Assembly (NCBI GenBank): GCA_905197045.1 | Contig: CAJJXG010000002.1 | Location: 65,312-129,311, forward strand | Length of the DNA stretch: 64,000 nucleotides | DNA from: an uncultured Bacillales bacterium | Lineage (GTDB): Bacteria > Bacillota_I > Bacilli_A > RFN20 > CAG-826 | Direction: 5' to 3' | Part shown: piece by piece, positions 58,756 through 64,000 of the stretch | How positions within the stretch are numbered: the first letter of the stretch is position 1 | How the letters are laid out: each line of letters begins with the position of its first letter | The notes under the pieces: generated by a model | The model's input: the letters and a program-made list of their open reading frames with translations, nothing else | The model's database searches: none | What the model was told of the DNA's origin: nothing | Made by a program: the position numbers and the translations under genes

Positions 58756-59569
58756 AAAAACTTTGATGCAAAGTGATTTAAAGTCGTTAATTGAACGTTT
58801 TTCAAAAGATGATGTAATTAGTGGAATAGATAAGAATTATCAAAGAGAGAACGTTAAGTATTTATCATGCGACGATATCGTTGATAATTCTTTTATTAAG
58901 GATGCTAAAATCGATAAAGAAACGATTAAAAACATTGAAAAATCAATTATTGAAAGAGGTATTTATAATCCTTTAATTGTTAGGGAATATAAAAAAGGCA
59001 AATATGAAGTAATTATCGGAAGAAAAAGATGGATTGCTTCAAAAAAATTAGATTATAAGAAGATTCCTGTAATTATTAAAAATTATGATGATCAAGAAAC
59101 TCTTTTGATTTTATTATGTGATGCAAGAGAAAACAAAAACTTTAATCCAATTGAAATTGCTTTAGTTATTAAACATCTTGCAGACGATTTTAATTACAAA
59201 AAGAAAGATATAGCTGAAATTTTGCGTGTATCAAGTGGTCAAGTAAGTAATTATTTATCACTTCTTAATATGCCAAAAGATGTGATTTATGATATTTCTA
59301 CTAATAAACTTTCTTTTGGACATGCAAAAGCCATATCTCGTTTAAAAGAAAAAGATATAAAAAGTATTATTAAGAAGATTTACGATTACTCTTTAAGTGT
59401 TCGTGATACTGAAAAATTAGCTTTTAATTTAGAAGATAAAAATGTCCGTATTAAAAAAGAATGTGTAATTCGAAAAAAGAATAAGAGTATAATCGTAAAA
59501 ATTAATAATGAAGAGAATTTTAATAAAATTTACAAGAAAATAAACGAATTACTTAAAAAAGAATTTTAA
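58736..59569 (+). CDS. parB: ParB/Spo0J-family protein, divergent
   Basis: It follows parA. An HTH-like block reads KKDIAEILRVSSGQVSNYLSLLNMP. The N-domain reads GRKRWIAS instead of the canonical GERRxRA. Confidence 0.65.
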   Translation: MTVEENKKTLMQSDLKSLIERFSKDDVISGIDKNYQRENVKYLSCDDIVDNSFIKDAKIDKETIKNIEKSIIERGIYNPLIVREYKKGKYEVIIGRKRWIASKKLDYKKIPVIIKNYDDQETLLILLCDARENKNFNPIEIALVIKHLADDFNYKKKDIAEILRVSSGQVSNYLSLLNMPKDVIYDISTNKLSFGHAKAISRLKEKDIKSIIKKIYDYSLSVRDTEKLAFNLEDKNVRIKKECVIRKKNKSIIVKINNEENFNKIYKKINELLKKEF

Positions 59570-59583
59570 GAAACTTAATTTAT

Positions 59584-59591
59584 TGTATAAT
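59584..59591 (+). promoter_or_regulatory. extended -10 element TGTATAAT for the riboswitch-ribU transcript
   Basis: TGTATAAT lies a few nt upstream of the first conserved riboswitch helix. Confidence 0.4.
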
Positions 59592-59593
59592 TA

Positions 59594-59751
59594 ATTTGCT
59601 TCAGGGATAGGTGAAATTCCTTATTGGCGGTATACCCCGTGCGAGTTAACACTCATGAACTAGCGCAATTCTAGTGGCAGCAGTAAAGTCTGATATAAAG
59701 AAGTAGAAATTTATACTTTTTTAGGACCTGAAGTGTAGGAGGTCCTTTTTT
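59594..59751 (+). ncRNA. FMN riboswitch (RFN element) with terminator expression platform
   Basis: CTTCAGGGATAGGTGAAATTCCTTATTGGCGGTA...GCAGCAGTAAAGTCTGATATAAAGAAG matches the RFN consensus. The terminator pairs AGGACCT (59723-59729) with AGGTCCT (59740-59746) and is followed by T6. Confidence 0.9.
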
Positions 59752-59752
59752 A

Positions 59753-60376
59753 ATGATTACAAGAAGAAAACGAGTAATTAATTATATTACTCAAACAGCT
59801 ATTTTTGGTGGCTTAGCAGCGATTTTATATTGCGTACCTGGTTTACAATTTCAACTACCTTTTTTAGCACCAGGATTTATGTCAATTCACCTTGATGAAA
59901 TACCAATTCTTATTTCTTCATTTGCTTATGGCCCGCTTTTAGGAGTCTTTGAGATAATTTTAAAAACTTTAATTAAACTCCCAATGACTTCTAGTTTATG
60001 TGTTGGGGAATTAGGAGATATGCTATATTCTTTTGCTCTTATTATTCCAGCTGCCTTAATTTATAAGAAAAATCGTACCTTTAAAGGGGCTGCAATTGGT
60101 TTAGCAGTAGGAGTTTTAGCAAACCTAGTAATGACATCAATTGTTAACTTATATACAATCTTTCAATTTTATAAATTTGTTTATGGTTTTGAAGATGGTT
60201 ATATAGCAGGCGCCTTTAATGCAATATTTAATTGGGGAATCACAAGCGATTTTGATCCACGATTAGCCATTTTGCTATTACCATTTAATATTGTTAAAAA
60301 TGTAATTGTTGTTGGAATTACCTTTATTGCTTATAAACCATTAAGATTTATTTGTGAAAAAGTTTATAAGTATTAA
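59753..60376 (+). CDS. ribU: riboflavin transporter RibU (ECF S-component)
   Basis: It aligns by eye with B. subtilis RibU/YpaA (…IPILISSFAYGPLLG…LLPFNIVKNVIV…). It is preceded by the FMN riboswitch. Confidence 0.85.
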   Translation: MITRRKRVINYITQTAIFGGLAAILYCVPGLQFQLPFLAPGFMSIHLDEIPILISSFAYGPLLGVFEIILKTLIKLPMTSSLCVGELGDMLYSFALIIPAALIYKKNRTFKGAAIGLAVGVLANLVMTSIVNLYTIFQFYKFVYGFEDGYIAGAFNAIFNWGITSDFDPRLAILLLPFNIVKNVIVVGITFIAYKPLRFICEKVYKY

Positions 60377-60382
60377 CAAAAA

Positions 60383-60407
60383 GACACCATTTCGTTGGTG
60401 TTTTTTT
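60383..60407 (+). terminator. intrinsic terminator of ribU
   Basis: ACACCA pairs with TGGTGT around a 6-nt loop, followed by T7. Confidence 0.65.
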
Positions 60408-60410
60408 GAT

Positions 60411-60436
60411 AAAAAAACACCTACTTAAGAGGTGTC
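60411..60436 (-). terminator. intrinsic terminator of the ferredoxin gene
   Basis: On the minus strand ACACCT pairs with AGGTGT around a 7-nt loop, followed by T7. Confidence 0.65.
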
Positions 60437-60464
60437 TTCGAATTTAAATTTATTTTAAAGAAGC

Positions 60465-60644
60465 TTATTTTTCAATAGCACTAACTGGGCAATTGCTAAT
60501 AGCTTCATCAGCAGCTGCTTCGTCAATTTCACCAATGACTGTGGCTTTGCCTTCGTCATCAAATTCAAATGTTTCTGGATAGCTGCCGACGCATAAACCA
60601 CATCCGATGCAAGCGTCTTTATTAACTGTAACTTTAACTGCCAT
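60465..60644 (-). CDS. fer: 4Fe-4S ferredoxin (59 aa), missing from the ORF track
   Basis: The minus-strand translation is MAVKVTVNKDACIGCGLCVGSYPETFEFDDEGKATVIGEIDEAAADEAISNCPVSAIEK, with a CxxCxxC...CP motif. RBS GGAGG lies 9 nt upstream. Confidence 0.85.
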   Translation of the reverse strand: MAVKVTVNKDACIGCGLCVGSYPETFEFDDEGKATVIGEIDEAAADEAISNCPVSAIEK

Positions 60645-60994
60645 TTTTCCTTAACCTCCAATAACAAGTATATCAATTGTATCCTTTTTTACAAGTTTTT
60701 TCATGGTTAGGAGTGCTTAACATTTAGCTAATCGGTTAATAATAATCTTTTTTAAAGTAAGAAAAGAAGTTTAATTATCTTTATTTGAATTCAAAATGCA
60801 AAAATGATGATTTTTTAAAACAATTTTATTGATTTTGTCAAGTGGTAAATGATACCAAAATTCCCTACTTTTTTAGTGATTTTAATTAAAAATCAGTCAT
60901 TTTTGCTAAAAATCATTAATTTATATTGTTTAAATCAAGGCTTAAATGTTATATACTAATAAAGGTTAAAATTCTTAAGGAGGAATTTAAAAAT

Positions 60995-62011
60995 ATGGCT
61001 ATTAAAGTAGCAATTAATGGATTCGGAAGAATCGGACGTCTCGCATTCAGACAAATGTTTAGAGCTAAAGGATACGAAATCGTTGCAATCAATGATTTAA
61101 CAGCTCCAGCAATGTTAGCAAATCTTTTAAAATATGACTCAGCTCAAGGAAGATATGCTTTAGCAGACAAGGTTTCATCAACTGATCATTCAATTATTGT
61201 TGATGGAACAGAAATCGAAATCTTAAGCGAAAAAGACGCAGTTAACCTTCCATGGAAGAAACTTGGCGTTGATGTTGTCTTAGAATGTACAGGCTTCTAT
61301 ACAAAGAAAGAAAAAGCTATGGCTCACATCACTGCAGGTGCTAAAAAAGTTATCATCTCAGCTCCAGCAGGAAACGATTTAAAGACAATCGTTTATGGTG
61401 TTAACGAAAAAACATTAACTAAAGATGACCAAGTCATTTCTGCAGCTAGCTGTACAACAAACTGCTTAGCTCCAATGGCTGGTGCATTAAATAGCTTATA
61501 TCCAATCGTCTCTGGTATTATGACAACAGTTCATGCTTATACTGGTGATCAAATGGTTCTTGATGGACCACACAGAAAAGGCGATTTAAGAAGAGCTAGA
61601 GCAGCTGCTGTTAACATTGTTCCAAATAGCACAGGTGCTGCAAAAGCAATCGGTCTTGTTATTCCTGAACTCAATGGAAAATTAATCGGTAGCGCACAAA
61701 GAGTTCCAGTTTGCACTGGTTCAACAACAATCCTTGTTGCAGTTGTCGAAGGCAAAGATGTCACAAAAGATAGCATCAATGCTTATATGAAAGCTCATAC
61801 TTCTGAATCATATGGTTATAATGAAGATCCAATCGTTTCAACCGATGTCATCGGAATGAGATATGGTTCATTATTCGATGCAACTCAAACCATGGTTAGT
61901 AAGATTGATGATAATCATTATCAAGTCCAAGTTGTTGCTTGGTATGATAACGAAAATTCATATACCAGCCAAATGGTTAGAACAATCAAATACTTTGCTG
62001 AATTAAAATAG
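60995..62011 (+). CDS. gap: glyceraldehyde-3-phosphate dehydrogenase
   Basis: INGFGRIGR and SCTTNCLAP. The start is the ATG at 60995 with RBS AAGGAGG at 60977-60983. The track start at 60926 is an upstream extension. Confidence 0.95.
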   Translation: MAIKVAINGFGRIGRLAFRQMFRAKGYEIVAINDLTAPAMLANLLKYDSAQGRYALADKVSSTDHSIIVDGTEIEILSEKDAVNLPWKKLGVDVVLECTGFYTKKEKAMAHITAGAKKVIISAPAGNDLKTIVYGVNEKTLTKDDQVISAASCTTNCLAPMAGALNSLYPIVSGIMTTVHAYTGDQMVLDGPHRKGDLRRARAAAVNIVPNSTGAAKAIGLVIPELNGKLIGSAQRVPVCTGSTTILVAVVEGKDVTKDSINAYMKAHTSESYGYNEDPIVSTDVIGMRYGSLFDATQTMVSKIDDNHYQVQVVAWYDNENSYTSQMVRTIKYFAELK

Positions 62012-62030
62012 TTAAATAATTTGATTTTTA

Positions 62031-62064
62031 GGGGCTAATAGTGAACATTATTAGGCCCCTTTTC
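62031..62064 (+). terminator. hairpin plus T4 between gap and pgk (partial terminator/attenuator)
   Basis: GGGGCTAATA pairs with TATTAG(G)CCCC with one bulge, followed by TTTT. Confidence 0.5.
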
Positions 62065-62084
62065 TATATTTTAGGAGATATATA

Positions 62085-63299
62085 ATGAATACAATTGATA
62101 ATTTAAAAGGACTTAATGGCAAGAAAATTCTTGTTAGAGTCGATTTTAATGTCCCTTTAAAAGGAAGCGAAGTAAGAGATGACAATAGAGTCGTCGCTGC
62201 TTTACCAACAATTAAAAAATTATTAAGTGAAGGTGCAGCTTTAGTTTTAATGTCCCACCTTGGCAAAATTAAATGGGGCAAAGTTGATGATGCTGAAATT
62301 GCTAAAGAAAAAGAAAAGAACAATATGGAATTTGTTTATCCAGTTCTTGCAAAACATTTAGAAGGTGTCACCGTAAAATTTGTTAAAGCAACAAGTGGAG
62401 AAGAACTTAAAGAAGCTATTGCTGGATTAAAATCTGGTGAAGTTTTACTTGTTCAAAACACTAGATATGAAAAAGGTGAAAGCAAAAACGATGCTAAACT
62501 TTCTGCTGAATGGGCAAGCTATGTTGATGGCTTTGTAATGGATGCTTTTGGTAGTGCTCATAGAGCTCACGCTTCAACATATGGTGTTCCTGAAATTTTA
62601 AAGAAAGAAGGAAAACCAGTTGCATTAGGTTACTTAATGGAAAAAGAAGTTAAGAATTTAGGTGCATGTGTTAAAGGTGATGTCCATCCTTATATTGCAA
62701 TTTTAGGTGGATTTAAAGTTTCTGATAAGATTAAAGTTATCGATTCTTTACTTAAAAAATGCGATAAGATTTTAATTGGTGGTGCTATGGCTTACACCTT
62801 CTTAAAAGCATTAGGCAACAAAACTGGAAACTGCCCAGTTGAAGATGATCAATTAGATTACGCTAAAAAATGCTATGAAAGTGGCAAAATTTTACTTCCA
62901 GTTGATAATGTAATTGCTGATGGATTTGACAATTATAATCCAGATAATATTAAGACAATTAATAACGATGTTATTCCTGAAGGATACCAAGGTTTAGATA
63001 TTGGTCCAAAAACAGTTGAAATTTATAGAAATGAAATTGCTAAAGCAAAATTAATTTTCTGGAATGGACCAATGGGTGTTTTCGAAGATGAACACTTCCA
63101 AAAAGGTACAATTGAAGTTTGTAAAGCAATTACCGATAATACAGAAGCTTTCTCAGTTATCGGTGGTGGAGATAGTGCAGCAGCTGCTAAACAATTTGGC
63201 TATGCTAAGAAATTCTCACACGTTTCAACAGGCGGTGGTGCTTCTCTTGAAATGATTGAAAATGATGGTCATCTCCCTGGAATTGATGTTATTGGATAA
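62085..63299 (+). CDS. pgk: phosphoglycerate kinase
   Basis: VRVDFNVP, NTRYEKGE and GGGDSAAA. RBS AGGAGA is present. Confidence 0.95.
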   Translation: MNTIDNLKGLNGKKILVRVDFNVPLKGSEVRDDNRVVAALPTIKKLLSEGAALVLMSHLGKIKWGKVDDAEIAKEKEKNNMEFVYPVLAKHLEGVTVKFVKATSGEELKEAIAGLKSGEVLLVQNTRYEKGESKNDAKLSAEWASYVDGFVMDAFGSAHRAHASTYGVPEILKKEGKPVALGYLMEKEVKNLGACVKGDVHPYIAILGGFKVSDKIKVIDSLLKKCDKILIGGAMAYTFLKALGNKTGNCPVEDDQLDYAKKCYESGKILLPVDNVIADGFDNYNPDNIKTINNDVIPEGYQGLDIGPKTVEIYRNEIAKAKLIFWNGPMGVFEDEHFQKGTIEVCKAITDNTEAFSVIGGGDSAAAAKQFGYAKKFSHVSTGGGASLEMIENDGHLPGIDVIG

Positions 63300-63302
63300 T
63301 TT

Positions 63303-64000
63303 ATGAGAAGAAAATTATTACTTGGAAACTGGAAAATGAACAAAACCCCTAGCCAAGCAGTTGAATTTGCTAAGGCTAGTAAAGATCTTGGTAAACTTGC
63401 AAGAAGCAACAAGGTTGATATGGGTGTTTGTGTTCCTTATATTGATTTAGTTCCTGTTAAAAAAATTATCAAAAAGTCTTTAATCGTCGGTGCTGAAAAT
63501 TGCCATTATGAAGATCATGGCGCTTATACTGGTGAAGTTTCAATTCCTATGTTAAAGGAAATCGGAATTGATTGGTGTATTATTGGACATTCTGAAAGAA
63601 GACAATATGATGGCGAAACAAGTGAAAAGTGCAATAAAAAGATTCTTGCTTTATTAAAAAATAGCATGGTTCCTGTTTATTGCTGTGGTGAATCACTTGA
63701 AACTTATGAAGAAGGCAAAACTAAAGAATTTGTTAAAGAACAAATTATTGCAGGTTTTAAAGATGTAGCTTACGAAGATGCTGCAAAAGTAGTTATTGCT
63801 TATGAACCAATTTGGGCAATCGGAACTGGTAAAAATGCTAGTGAAGAAATTGCTGAAGATATTTGTAAATTTATTAGAAATATCATCAAAGATTTATACG
63901 ATAGAAAAGTAGCTAACAAGATTAGAATTTTATATGGCGGAAGTGTTAAACCTGCTTCTGTTAAGGGATATCTCTCTCAAAAAGATGTCGATGGTGCTCT
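63303..64000 (+). CDS. tpiA: triosephosphate isomerase, 3' end cut by the window edge
   Basis: The frame is open from ATG 63303 to the window end. The translation begins MRRKLLLGNWKMNKT, and IGHSERR and AYEPIWAIGTG follow. It is absent from the track because there is no stop in the window. Confidence 0.9.
   Translation, partial: MRRKLLLGNWKMNKTPSQAVEFAKASKDLGKLARSNKVDMGVCVPYIDLVPVKKIIKKSLIVGAENCHYEDHGAYTGEVSIPMLKEIGIDWCIIGHSERRQYDGETSEKCNKKILALLKNSMVPVYCCGESLETYEEGKTKEFVKEQIIAGFKDVAYEDAAKVVIAYEPIWAIGTGKNASEEIAEDICKFIRNIIKDLYDRKVANKIRILYGGSVKPASVKGYLSQKDVDGA

Noticed and set aside
59297-59305. Fourth copy of TCTACTAAT inside parB.
   Set aside because: It is a single isolated copy within coding sequence (codons ISTNK). 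This is consistent with chance expectation for one 9-mer in 64 kb of AT-rich DNA, and it serves as a negative control for the intergenic clusters.
60455-60676. 73-aa minus-strand ORF from the track.
   Set aside because: It is in the wrong frame. The ferredoxin frame (60465-60644) has an SD sequence, a Cys motif and a terminator.
60654-60704. 17-codon upstream ORF (MKKLVKKDTIDILVIGG*) in frame with fer. Its end resembles the DxxVIGGG start of FAD-dependent reductases, so it might be the relic of a reductase gene.
   Set aside because: The GG codons are simply the fer SD (GGAGGT). No SD precedes its ATG, and 17 residues are too few to claim homology.
60926-60994. N-terminal extension of gap in the ORF track ([23 protein letters not shown]).
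   Set aside because: The canonical GAPDH N-terminus [15 protein letters not shown] starts at 60995 and is preceded by AAGGAGG. The extension covers the SD itself.
411-63255. Short ORFs in the track lie inside or antisense to larger genes. They are 411-614, 1206-1520, 6445-6639, 8625-8885, 9606-9956, 11922-12209, 13453-13689, 17043-17261, 17119-17301, 21069-21275, 26380-26682, 28929-29126, 29247-29468 and 33068-33289. The list continues with 33175-33435, 35199-35384, 35841-36041, 36085-36321, 36660-36863, 38813-39004, 41381-41575, 42582-42779, 42689-42898, 42902-43093 and 46882-47073. The remainder are 47530-47718, 48994-49236, 49573-49803, 51097-51342, 53932-54123, 61549-61779, 62051-62323 and 63064-63255.
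   Set aside because: Each overlaps a longer ORF with clear family motifs. Their translations are low-complexity (Leu/Ile/Lys/Phe-rich), as expected from off-frame AT-rich sequence, and none has an SD sequence. They are treated as shadow ORFs.
1-64000. Search for CRISPR arrays, transposases, integrases, phage genes, restriction-modification or other defence modules, and for rRNA and tRNA genes.
   Set aside because: None was recognisable. All long ORFs are accounted for by housekeeping, transport or lipoprotein functions. The only repeats are the in-gene duplication at 10498-12114 and short regulatory-scale motifs.

Overview
Low-GC (about 30%) bacterial chromosome segment that is densely coding. 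TGA acts as a stop codon (1630-1632, 2579-2581, 18157-18159), so translation table 11 applies. Gene content and order look like a streamlined Bacillus. The conserved blocks are cmk-der-gpsA-hup, dnaD-nth/recU, gpsB-rnpB, pgsA-cinA-recA-rny-ymdB-miaB-ymcA-miaA, sufCDSUB, mnmG-rsmG-parA-parB and gap-pgk-tpiA. No penicillin-binding proteins sit where B. subtilis has them, and there are many lipobox lipoproteins. My inference is an Acholeplasma-like Mollicute or a close Firmicute relative; this is not proven. RNA elements found are a type-B RNase P RNA (27729-28072) and an FMN riboswitch ahead of ribU (59594-59751). No rRNA, tRNA, CRISPR array, transposase, integrase or recognisable defence system was seen. 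The only accessory-looking stretches are 1-12507 and 46562-50506. The first holds RDD membrane proteins, an ABC importer coupled to a surface SNase nuclease lipoprotein, and an internally duplicated surface lipoprotein. The second holds two large lipoproteins. I found no clear-cut new multi-gene system. The most interesting unexplained signals are listed here. (1) Helically phased TACTAA/TCTACTAAT repeat arrays lie in the intergenic regions next to nrdA, nrdB and udk. (2) The ABC-nuclease module contains an ATPase with an insertion of about 120 aa. (3) A 211-aa class-II tRNA nucleotidyltransferase appears truncated. (4) A flippase-like membrane protein is translationally coupled to a GT4 glycolipid synthase. 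(5) Two orphan terminators suggest small RNAs. (6) A 59-aa ferredoxin gene is missing from the ORF track. All functional calls come from motif recognition by eye, and no database search was possible.
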